DNA of 64,000 nt from positions 62,001-126,000 of the forward strand of contig QPMI01000477.1 of assembly GCA_004431415.1 (NCBI GenBank), written 5' to 3'. This DNA comes from Cyanophora paradoxa CCMP329. Lineage: Eukaryota > Plantae > Glaucophyta. The position numbers were made by a program, and so were the translations under genes. The notes under the pieces were generated by a model. That model searched no databases. It saw nothing but the letters and a program-made list of their open reading frames with translations, and had not been told where the DNA came from. Shown in pieces: positions 53,601 through 64,000 of the stretch; positions within the stretch are counted from its first letter, which is position 1, and every line of letters starts with the position of its first letter.

Positions 53601-54232
53601 CGCCCCCGCCGCCGGCAGCAGCGGCGGCGCGAAGCCGATGGCGGCCACGGTCCGCGCGATGGCGGCCTGCGCGGCCTCGTCCCCGGAGGCGTCCCCGCCC
53701 TCGGTGCCCCGGTGCCGCATGGAGGCGCCCGGGCTCCGCGCCGCCGCGCCGGCCGCCGCCGCCTCCGCCGCCGCGTCCGCCACGAAGTCCTCCAGCAGCG
53801 TCTGCGGGGAAGAAGCAGAACGCTCAGAAGGACGGAAGGGGAGGGGCGTGGGCGGGGCGGGCCTGGAGGACGGGGGCGATGGCGTGGTAGGCGACGGTGC
53901 GGCGGTGGGCGAGGCCCTGGCCCGCCGCGATCAAGTCCACCCCCGTGTCCTCCGCCTGCTCCAGCGCGTACCCCACCAGCGTCGTCTTCCCGATCCCGGC
54001 TGGGGGGGGGGGGGGGGGCGAGTCAGGGGGGGCAGGGTGCAGCGGGTGGGGGGCGGGGGCGGGGCACCTCGCCCTCGATGAGGATGACGGGCCGGCCGGG
54101 CCCGAGGCTCCCGCGGCGCGACTCGGAGCGGGAGCCGGCGCGCCGGTGCCCGCCCGACGCCCGCCGCCCGCTGTGCGCCCGCGCCAGCCTCCGGCCCTCC
54201 CCCGCGCCCCCGGCGCTCCCCGTCCCGCCGGC

Positions 54233-54266
<34 letters not shown>

Positions 54267-55999
54267 AGGGCGCGGGGCGTGTGGAAGCCGTTGCCCTCCT
54301 GGCTCGACCGCCTCGCGAAGTTCGGCGGGCTCGCAGCCGCCGCGGAGGCCGTCCGCGAGGCGGCCGCGGAGGCGATCACCAGAGCCGTCACGGGCGACGG
54401 CGGCCGCTCCGGCTCGCCGGCCCCCTCCTCCGCCTCCGCCTCCGCCTCCGGCTCGGGCTCGGCCTCGGTCTGGGCGCCCTCGGTTTCGCCCCCCGAGTCC
54501 GAAGCCGCCTCCGGGTTGTCCCCGGAGCGCAGCGCCAGATCCTGCCCGCCGGCGCCGTGAGCGAGGCAGCGGCCAGCAAGGCTGCGGGGCAAAGGAAAGG
54601 CGTGCGTGCCTGGACGGCGTCGGCGAGGATGCGGCGCTCCTCGAGGCGCCCGACGAGCCCGCTCGTCATCGCGCTCGCCGTCGACCGCAGCGACGTCTTC
54701 TTCTGCTTCTTCACCTGCGGGGTGCGGTGCGCTCGGCGGCGCCCTTCCCCGCCTCCCTAGACGGGGGCGGACCTGGTAGACGGCGACGGGCTCGGCCTTG
54801 CCCTTGAGGGGCACCAGCCCCATGTACTCGGCGTCGATCTGGTTCTGTTCGCCCCCGCCCGCCCCCTCAGCGACCGGGCGGGCGGGGCGGGGAGGGCCCG
54901 GCACCATGGTGACGTCAAGGGTGGCCGAGTCAATGAGGACGACGCCCTCGCGGGGGCGCGCGTAGGAGGAGCCCTTGCTCATCAGCCGCGCCGCCAGGTT
55001 CACCGACGACGAGAAGATGTCGAACTGCGCGGCGCGCCCCGGCGCCTCAGGCGAGGTGAGGGACGGGCCCGGCGGGGCCGCTGCAGGCGCGGGGGGCGGG
55101 GCGGGGCGGGCCTGGCGGAGGTGGGCGGCGGCGCCGACGAGGCCGCAGAAGACGTCCCCCGTCGAGATCCCGATGCAGGCCGAGACGCCCAGGTTCCCCA
55201 TCTCCCGTGCGATGTCCAGCCCTGCGCCCGGTCGTTCAGACGGAGCTCGCCGGTCGGGGCGGGCGGGCGGGCGAGCGGGCGGGCGGACCGTTGAGGACGG
55301 CGTGGAGGCCGTCATCCTCCGTCGCCACGAGCCCGTGCGCGATGATCACCACCACGCCCTTGTCTAAAGACGGAGGGCAGGCAGCGTGTCGGCAACGCAC
55401 AAACGCAGGGGGGGAGGGGGAGGGGGAGGTCCGGGGGTACCGTCGAAGATGAACTTGAGGACGTGGCCCCCGTACGTGTCCGACAGGTCGAAGAGCGCCG
55501 TCGCCACCGCCTGCGGGGGGTACGCGCCCGCCCGCTCGCTCGGGAGGGGAGGGGAGGGGAGGGGGGTACGCGTGCCTGGAGCCGCTTGGCCTCCAGCGCG
55601 AGGTCCGTGAGGGAGACGAAGAGCCTGCGGAGGGCGAGGGGCGCGCGTCGGGGGCCGAGCGGGGGCGGGCGGGCGACGGAGGGGGGGGTACAGCGTACAC
55701 GCTGAGGCGCCTGAATTCGGCGTAGAGGGCGGCGGACTGGGCGGACTGGGGGGCCGGGGCCACTGAGCCCCGGCGGCGGCCGGTGGGGAGGGACGGGGCG
55801 GGGCGGGGGCGGTGGAGGGGGGGGGAGCTCGAGCGCATCCCCCGCGGCGGCGGCGATGAGGCTCGTGAAGCCGCCGCCGACGGGCGCCGGGGTCCCGGCC
55901 AGCGCCGGCGTCACGGGCCGGTGCGGCGAGGAGGAGCCCGAGGCCGGCCGGCCCGTCCGCGCGCTGTGCGGCGTCCCCGGCTCGCCCCGGCCCCGGCCC

Positions 56000-56030
<31 letters not shown>

Positions 56031-58035
56031 GATGCCGCCGGAGGCGGGGGCGGCGAGGGGCGTGGAGGGCGGGGCGGCCTCCTCGTAGTCCATCTTGGGG
56101 AGCATGTCGGCGACGCGCCGCCGCACGAAGGAGGGCGCGTAGAGGGCGAGGAAGGGCGGGCAGAGGCGGCCCTCCAGCTGCAGCGGCCCCAGCGCCGGCA
56201 CCGGCGGCACCGCCGGCAGCGCCGGCGCCCAGCCCGTGACCACGTACGCGAAGCCGGAGCCGGGGCTGGAGGGGCTCTGCGGCGCCCCCGCGGAGGCCGG
56301 GGCGGACTTGCGGGGCGTGGCCTGCTCGGACGTGGGGACGGAGCTGGGGAGCGGGGCGGCCTCGGGGCTCGCGGGGCCCTCGACGGCCCCCGCCGGCCCC
56401 GCGATGGGCAGCGGCGTGCACGCGAACGCCGCCTCGCGGAGGTGCCGCCACGCCGACGCCGCCGCCAGCACCTGTCCGCCCCGCCCCGCCCCCCTCAGCC
56501 CCGGCCCCCCGCACCCCCGCCCCTCCGCGGCGCCCGCCGGCGCACCTGGCCGGCCCTGACGTACTTGTCGAGGACGCCGAGCTCGACGAGGGGCGCCCCC
56601 GACACGAAGTAGAGGAAGCGGCCCTCGATGTTCAGCAGCGTCTCCTCCTCCTCGCCCTCCTCCTCCTCCCCGCCCGCCCCCGCCCGCCGCTCCTTCTTGC
56701 CCCCGAGGTGGAACGCCGTGAAGCGCCCCGAGGCGAGCGTGATCTTGAGCGAGAGGGCGCCGGCCGCCTTGGAGGCCGGGGCCGGCGGGGCCGGCGGCGC
56801 GACGGTGGAGCCCGTGCGCCGCATGTGATGCCCCGCCATGTCCTGCGCGGCGGCGGCGGCGGCAGCGGCGGCGGCGGAGGAGCCGAGGTCGACGGCGTTG
56901 GAGCCGCGGCGCTCGGGCTGCCGGGCGCCCCCGCCGCGGTCGCTCGCGAAGGCGCGCTGCATCTCCAGCCCGCAGCGCGCCGCCGCCGCGCAGCAGCGCC
57001 TCAGCGCCTCCTCCTCCTCCCGCGACCCGGGCGCCGGGCGGCCCTCTCCGATCCACAGCGACAGCACCGCGTCGCCTGCGGCGGCGGCAGTCGGCGCGCG
57101 GCGCGGCGGCGCGGCGCGCTGCCACCTCCAGAGACCGCACCGCTGAAGGATATGGGAACGCCCCCAAACTCAGTGATGATGGCCAGCTGACGCTCGAAGA
57201 AGCCATTGATCTGCGGTCGGCCGTTTCGGGCCCGGCGAGCGGCGGGGCGCGGGGGCCGCACCAGGGTCCACAGGTACTCGATCCCAGCGTCTCCCTTTGC
57301 GCCTGCGCCGCGGCGGCGTTAGCGGGCGCGGCGCTGGCTCGAGGTGGTCGCACTGTATTCATCGCAGATCCGCGTGAAGCCTGCGGCGGACCAGAAATCG
57401 GTTCAGGAACCGTAGCTACCGAAGGTCCGTTGAAGCGCACCTGAGAGGTCCACGAACGACGCGCAGCCAACGAGCTCTTCTGTGTCGCCCCCGCGCGGCA
57501 GCAGGTCGACCGGCGAGTTGATTATCCGCTCCACAACATTCCTGATTATGATCAGATGGGGCAGATGATCAGACAGGCTGCGCGGCGGCGCCGCAGCTAC
57601 GCGGCGGTGGGCTATGCTTGGCCTCCGAGTACAGGCGCACCTCGCCACCGAGCGCGAGAAGAAGGCCTCAATTGCCTTGTTCTGCCTCGAAGCGCCCTTC
57701 TGCAGCAGGAAGCTCTTGGCCCCGAACCGCTTCATGCTCTTTTGCGGGCCTGGCGGCCTCTCCTTCTCCGCCATTGCTGCTGAGGCTTCTACTAGCGCTT
57801 CTACTGGCCCCGAAGGGCCGCTCACGTTCAACTGCCAGGGCTGCCGCTGGCTTGGCGCATCGGGACGGACATCGGTTTCTTGTACCCGCCTGCGCCTCCC
57901 GCCCCCTTCCAGGTCGCCTCCAAGGCTCCGACAACGCGATGCTTCCTCCGAAATGCCTCCGAAATCCGATTTGGTGCGTGCTGCTCGATCGGCTGCGGTT
58001 GCAAGTCTGGAGGCCGCTGTTTGCCCTATCTTCAT
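47386..58035 (-). CDS. ADCY10-like soluble adenylyl cyclase: two class III cyclase domains, STAND ATPase and helical tail; many introns
   Basis: C1: FVDLSG and SFSG|DAVLSLW. C2: KFIFD|DKG, IGISTGDVFCGLVG, VNLAARLM and PLKGKAEPVAVY. NTPase: LVGRLEE, ILIEGE|AGIGKTTL, LLVLEELH, SAGQPHF and SKVDRLPP..LK|VASVLG. Confidence 0.88.
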
Positions 58036-58339
58036 CTGCTTCCTAGACGGCTAGATCTGATCATGATCGAAAGTTGCGTTACATCGCTTGTCCTGGTGCG
58101 CCTTCCACGCTTCGCGGCGCCTCCCTGCCATTCGGCCTGACGCGGCCATTCTGCAGCTGCAGGGCGGGCACGGCCGCTGCCGCTGCCGCCGCCTACGGCG
58201 CAAGCTATCCGTGAGTTGCCTGAGAGCCTCCGTTGCATCGCTTCTAAGGTTTCGCCCGTCCGCAGCTACACCTACGCACGAGCTCGAGCCGTGGTCACCC
58301 GGCCCCCGCCGCGTCGGCTGCCACCAACGCGGCCCTAGC

Positions 58340-59270
58340 GAAGGCGCCCTGGAACACGCAGGCCCAGCAAGCGGCCACGCCCGCGCAGCCTTACGCCAAC
58401 TACTTCGGGTGCGCCCCGCCCGCTCCTCCGACCCGCGGGCGGGCTTCCCCGCGCGCGCTTGCTGACGCCCCGGCAGGGGCTACTACGGCGGAGTGGCCGC
58501 GCCGCCCGCCTCGGCGCTCGCGGCGGCGGCGGCGTCTAAGCCGACGACGCCCACGGCGGCCGGCGCGGCGGCGGCGGCGGGCTCGTTCGCGCTGGGCTCC
58601 CACCAGCTGCCGGCGGCCGGGGCGCCCGCTGCCGGCGCGCCGGCACCGGGCGGGATCAAGTTCGGCTGGAACCCGCACAAGGCCGAGATCAAGCCCAAGC
58701 CGTGCGCCCCGAGCCGGCCTGCTTGCAGTGCGTCCCGCTCAAACCGCGCCGCGCAGGGCCGGCATCGCGAACGACGCGGCGATCGCGGGGGCGGCGGCCG
58801 CAGCCGCCGCAGCGGCGCAAATCAAGAAGGCCGCGATGCCTCCGGCCACGGCGGGGCGCCGGGGGCGGCGGCGGGCGGGGCGGCGGGAGGGGCGGCGGGA
58901 GGGGCGGCCGGCGGGGCTTCGCACTTCCCACCCAACCTGAAGGCCTGGGTCGAGCGGGCGTTCCAAAGGTGCCCGGGCCCGCCCGGGCCCGCGGCCGGCC
59001 GCCCCGCGCCTCATCGCGCCCCGCAGGTGCAAGACGGACACCGACCGCACGGCCCTCGAGGCGACCCTCCGCAAGACCATCACCGCCGTGCGGCGTACCC
59101 CCCTCCCGCCGGGGTACACGGCCCCGAGCGGGCGCGGCAGGTCTCCTCCAAGGGGCCGGGGGCCCTCTGGCAGCACGAGTGGGAGAAGGAGCCGCTGCCC
59201 GAGTGCGCCGTACCCCCCTCCAACGTTAACCCCGGCCCTCCGCCCCCCTCCCCCTCCGCCCGCTGAAGCC
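58340..59270 (+). CDS. SAC3/LENG8(Thp3)-like N-terminal fragment, multi-exon; extent uncertain
   Basis: Spliced reading FPPNLKAWVERAFQR|CKTDTDRTALEATLRKTITA|VSSKGPGALWQHEWEKEPLP resembles the conserved motif of LENG8/Thp3/SAC3A. Confidence 0.55.
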
Positions 59271-60336
59271 GCCCCCGCGCGCAGCGTCTCGCCAGATCTA
59301 GAGCGGCCCGGCGGCCATACACGTGTACCCCCTGGGCAGACCCCACAGCGCTGTTGTCGAGAAACGGCGGCCGGATATTCAGCAGTGACACACCAAAAAG
59401 TTTGTCTCTCCTCCTCTTCGATCTCGGTCTCGGGTTTTCTCGTCCGTCGCCTCTTCTCGGTCTGTCTCTCTTTTCCTTTGTTGTCGCTTTTGGCTCTTCT
59501 TTCAAATAAAAGACTACGATCAGCTTCGCGGAGTCATCCTCAGCTTCGAATTCCGCCTGGACTCGGGAATCGGAGACGTCAGATTTCGCGAGCGATCGAG
59601 CGAACGTCGACGTGACTCGATCATGATATATAGCTAGCTATAGCGCTGGGCCGGCGCGGACTCCGCGGAGCCCTCAAGTTTCAAGGCTTGGGAGAGTATA
59701 CTGTAAACGCAGGAATCTTCGACGGCGTCTTTATTTCGTCTATAGCTATATTCGTCAGACCTGCACTTTGACGAATATTTGATACTCTTGAAGTGAAATT
59801 GTGTATGGACAGGGGTACTAACGGCTGACCCGTCTATGACGGAGTCGCGGGGCTGACGAAAATATGATTCTGTCGGGTTTTCGGGTATTGTCGAAATCAA
59901 GTCTAGATCTCGACGAAAATTTCTATATATAGCTACGTATACGTTTACAGTATACGTACATGCATATGCGCGGGTGACGCGCGGCGGGTCTCGATCGCAA
60001 TCGCAAGAGTCGCAATCATTGATTCGCAATCTTTAAGTTGCATGAAATCCAGCGCTAGCTGCAGGCTGCAGGCTGCAGCCTGCAGCCTGCAGGCTGCATG
60101 CGCAGCTGCAGTCACTGAGTGCAGCCTGCCAGGCTGCGGGCTGCATGCATATGCAGCCTGCAGGGACAACAGCTGCAGTGAACACGATCAGCTGCGCATG
60201 CATATGCGCATACTGGTATGCATGCAGGTACGAACGAATCAATTCCCGGGGGGGGGGGCAAATTGGGGGAATTTGCTGGGGAAATTCGGGGAATTTTGAA
60301 AAAACGCGGTGACGACGTGACGCGTACGCTTGAAAC

Positions 60337-60374
60337 TTTTTTTTTTTTGAGAGACTACGGTGGGGCGAACCCCC
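60337..60374 (-). mobile_element. Short hairpin+poly(A) retroposon, copy D (more 5'-truncated)
   Basis: T12-GAGAGACTACGGTGGGGCGAACCCCC flanked by the imperfect repeat CTTGAA(A)C. Confidence 0.7.
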
Positions 60375-61033
60375 CTTGAACTTCTCGGATCTGGAAGGAT
60401 TAATGTATTGTTTTTCTAGATCTGCGCATGCCGCTCGTACGCGGCGCGCGCGTCGACGTGCATGTATACTGTATACATACGCGCATAGAGTTCATGATTA
60501 TGATCAGCGGCGTATATATATCATGTATACGTATACGTATACGTATACATATATGTGACGCGACGCGACGCGTATACGTACGTATACGCGACGACTACGC
60601 GTACGTATATACTAGTACGTACGCCGTGACGGTACCGTATATATATGTATAGTTGTATACTATGATATACTAGTACTATGATATGATATTCCGCGGCGGA
60701 ATTTCCGCCGCTCGCCGCGCGATCGATATCGGGGGCCGGCGCGCGGCGCGGCGCCCGGCCATATGGCCATGGCCAGCCGGCGCCGCCGGCATCCGCGGCC
60801 GGCCCTGCAGCTGACCGGCCGCGGCCCGCGCGGGGATCGATCGCGAGGAGCCTTACGTATACAAGTTAAGTTCAACGGTTACCGTAGTACCGTAGTACAC
60901 TTGCAAGTTACACTGCAGCAAGTCTACCGTTCTCAGCCTATAGCTAGACATAAATATAAGGTTCGCGATCGATTAATATTGCAACGTTAACGATCATCGG
61001 ATATCGATATATATATAGCCGGCGCCGCTGATC

Positions 61034-62700
61034 ATGATCATAAGCCAGCCCGACGTTGACATCGATATCGTGCTCGTCCCTTCTCGACTCTCCGCGAGCT
61101 CGGATATCGATAGGACTGTTAAACGTTCATTTATGGATCTGCTCCGAAGCATCCGTCGTAGATCTAGAGCGTGGCGGCGCGTCGAGCCCTCTCCAGAAGC
61201 GATTTCGACGGCGGATGTCTGCATAGCGTCGATTACGAGTGCCGGCGCGACGTCGACTCTAGATCTGCCACGTGCACCAGCTGCAGCTTCGGCACCATAC
61301 GCATATGCATGGCCAGCAGTTGTTGAGAGTACAGGTGCTGCCTCTTCCGATCGATCCCTCCCGATCCCTTATAATTACGTATACGTATACGTATCGCCAG
61401 AAATCGATGCAGAAGCCGGCAGGGCGCGAGCTCGAGAACTGTACGAATACGATTGTGATCATGATCATGAGCCAAGATTGAAGTCGGCCGCGAGCTCGAG
61501 GCCCGCGCCGTCGGCGCTGGCCTTTCCATGCGCGGATCCAGATCTTGATTTATATAGCTGCAGCAGCCTGGTCGCGAGCGAGTCGGATTCGGAGACAGAG
61601 CTCGAGCGAGCCCCATCAAGCTCCGGATCCCCGTCCGGCCTCTCTTCGCCATCATCCGGATCCATCGCGTCAATTGCAAGCATCTCTATCGCCTCCTGGG
61701 CCTCGGCCGATCATGATCGCGATCGCGAGACCCCTCAAGCCCCCGACGCGGCCAGACTGCCTATCCGCTTGAAGCCCCTCCCGGGGCTCATGACAAAGCC
61801 GGCTCCGCGCGAGCCCGTCACTCGTGCAAGCCTGATTCGACTGGTGCGCTGCTCGAGCTCGCGCACGTCTGCTAAATCAATTCTAATACGTATACCTGAA
61901 TCGATATCTCTCTTATCATTTTGCTCGTAACTAACCACATCTTGCATGGACTCGATTCGATCTTTGCACGTGCACAGTTGTGGAACGCTGTGAGCGTGTC
62001 AAATGCTTGTGATGTCGGCATTGGCCTGCAGCTGGACAAATACAGCTGCAAGGTGCAGTCTAGATCTCATGGTCAGCCCCCCCGTTCAAACATCGCTGCG
62101 CGATTTCTCGGGGCCATGCTTCCGATTTCGAAGAAACTCAACTTTGAACAGTACGAGGTGATCATGAATCTGAGTTGCAATTGACGCTCCTCTCTCTTAT
62201 CTATTAGTATTTGACTCGTAACCATCGCGATCAGACTTTCCACACCTGCTTGCAACGCTGCATGTGGAAACAGGGACCGGATGATCCTTTTTGGGACTAC
62301 CGAGACGCCTTGCAGCTCGCCCGGGTGAGGACTTGCACTATCTACGTATACGCGATGCCGTGGCTGCGGTGGTCATCTAGATCTTTGAGCTTCAGAGCAG
62401 ATCAACTGGAAGATCGACAGCGGCAAGTTCGGTGTAATGAGCCGCGAGGCGTTCGAGCGATCGATGTCGACTCTGACCGACGCGTACGTCGAAGTCACCG
62501 GAGAGCAGCCGATCGCCGTCCCGATCCGCCTCCTCCTCATCGGGGCAGGCCTTCCCGACGACCTCGGTGTCGCCTTTCTTATCGTCATCGCCGAGGTGTG
62601 CAGAAATACAAGAAATCTAATCTATAGATGCAATCGTGCGAATTCGAAGTACTGAAACAAGAAACGGCTGATTTTTCTTTTGTAAACGTATATTTCCGCA
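61034..62700 (+). CDS. Possible multi-exon host gene of unknown function
   Basis: Long Ser-rich ORF (61034-61930) followed by exon-like segments bounded by GT/AG. No family recognised. Confidence 0.3.
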
Positions 62701-64000
62701 GGTAGTCACCACGACAAGCGCGCCCTGGCCATCGCATTTCAGCCGCCATTCGCATGCATATGGTCTGAATCGAACCCATGGCCAGCTGCAGCATGCGCAT
62801 CCCCTCGAGCTCGCACTCCGTCAGTGGACTGGTGAGCTCGCAACTCCAATCGCATAGGTTATAATTATTCGGATAACATCGATCGCGATCGAATATCTAA
62901 TGAGATGTATCTTTTCAGACGTACCTCTTTCCTCTGCCACTCCCAAGGCAATTCTTCGCACCCTCAGCAGGCACCAGCTGCCCCCCAAGTCTCAGCTGCC
63001 GCAATCCCCTCTAAATCTGGCGACGAATGTGCGCATGCGGCCTAGTCCTGGCGTGGGCGGGGAAAAGAGCTCGCCGAAAAGCTCGGTCCCTCGAGGCGGG
63101 CGCATGCCAGCTGCGCATGCGGCTAGCGCTATAGCTAGCGCTGTCGCGGCACCGACGGAGCTTCAGAAGGCCGCCCTCCACCGCCGCCTCTCCATCCTCC
63201 TCGATCAGCAATGCCCGTAAGTAGCTATATAGGCCTAGGCGCTAATTTATAACCAGTTAGTAAATATACACGCATTAAAAGTATAATCGATCCATCCAAC
63301 AAAGATATGCAGTGATCATGACGCAGTCATTTGATCGATGAATCAGTACTTGTGCCGCAGTGTACAGACTTAGGGTATTTATATATAAGATTTAGACCTT
63401 TTCATCCTGATGGCAACCAGTCGCGCTATTTTTTTAATTATATTTAATGTTCAGTTGTTTTTTGTCTCTGATATCGATGCATTAGACAATAATGATCGAT
63501 ATCATGATACAGTCTCCAGTTTTGCAAATGAACTTCGGAACAAGTGCTGGCTCGCTGGCTTACCGTACCCACGAATTCGAATTTTCGAATTCGAAGTGAC
63601 CTATGATCAGTGAAGACATGTGCACCGTGCGGCGGCCGCGGGCAGCTGCAGGGGCGCGCACGCGTTGGCGGGCCTATTAATATCGCCACTGTACATGTTT
63701 TGCCGGGGGTCCTACGTATATACGGTTAAGACCGTCAGACCTCCTATTGGTTTTTGATCCTAGAGCATAACAAGGGTGCCACGGTGAGATGTAGATAGGC
63801 ACTATATAGCTAATTAATTATAACAGCTCAGAGACCGTTGGAGGTGGAAATTCTAATTTAGCGGGGCGAGCGGGGACAAGAATCCGATGATCATTGAATT
63901 GGTCGAAATTGCATCCGATGCATATGCATATGATCCAAGTATATCCGGAAAATGAAGAAACTCCGGATCCCCCGCCCGGCGCCCCCGCGAGTCCAGCTCC

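Noticed and set aside
47871-54560. Long plus-strand ORFs (986, 616, 489 and 418 aa)
   Set aside because: They are Arg/Ala/Gly/Pro-rich shadow ORFs caused by very high GC, antisense to the cyclase gene.
60040-60680. CTGCAG- and ATACGT-rich palindromic tracts
   Set aside because: Similar low-complexity runs occur throughout the host intergenic DNA, with no defined unit or boundary.

Overview
Eukaryotic nuclear DNA from a GC-rich, intron-dense organism, probably a unicellular eukaryote; the species cannot be determined from the sequence. The main feature is a complete 19.9-kb endogenous Polinton/Maverick-like dsDNA virus at 3310-23167. It has 408-bp terminal inverted repeats and a 6-bp target-site duplication (GACGCT). 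It encodes a protein-primed PolB, an rve integrase, an HNH-AP2 protein, an A32-like packaging ATPase, a major capsid protein with NCLDV-like motifs, two head-to-head penton-like genes (one frameshifted), a patatin lipase and a block of fibre genes. Three of the fibre genes share an N-terminal module but have different C-termini. No adenain-type protease is visible. The second notable element is a 5.0-kb gag-only LTR retroelement (32396-37407) with apparently identical 438-bp LTRs that carry tRNA-like Pol III A/B boxes. Also present: a hAT-type MITE (95-599), four ~40-55-bp hairpin+poly(A) retroposon copies, three tandem copies of a multi-exon membrane-protein gene, an ADCY10-like adenylyl cyclase/STAND gene, a 2OG-Fe(II) oxygenase-like gene, a Ser-Pro-rich secreted protein gene and a SAC3/LENG8-like fragment. 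All family assignments come from motif recognition by eye, not database searches, and host exon boundaries are approximate.
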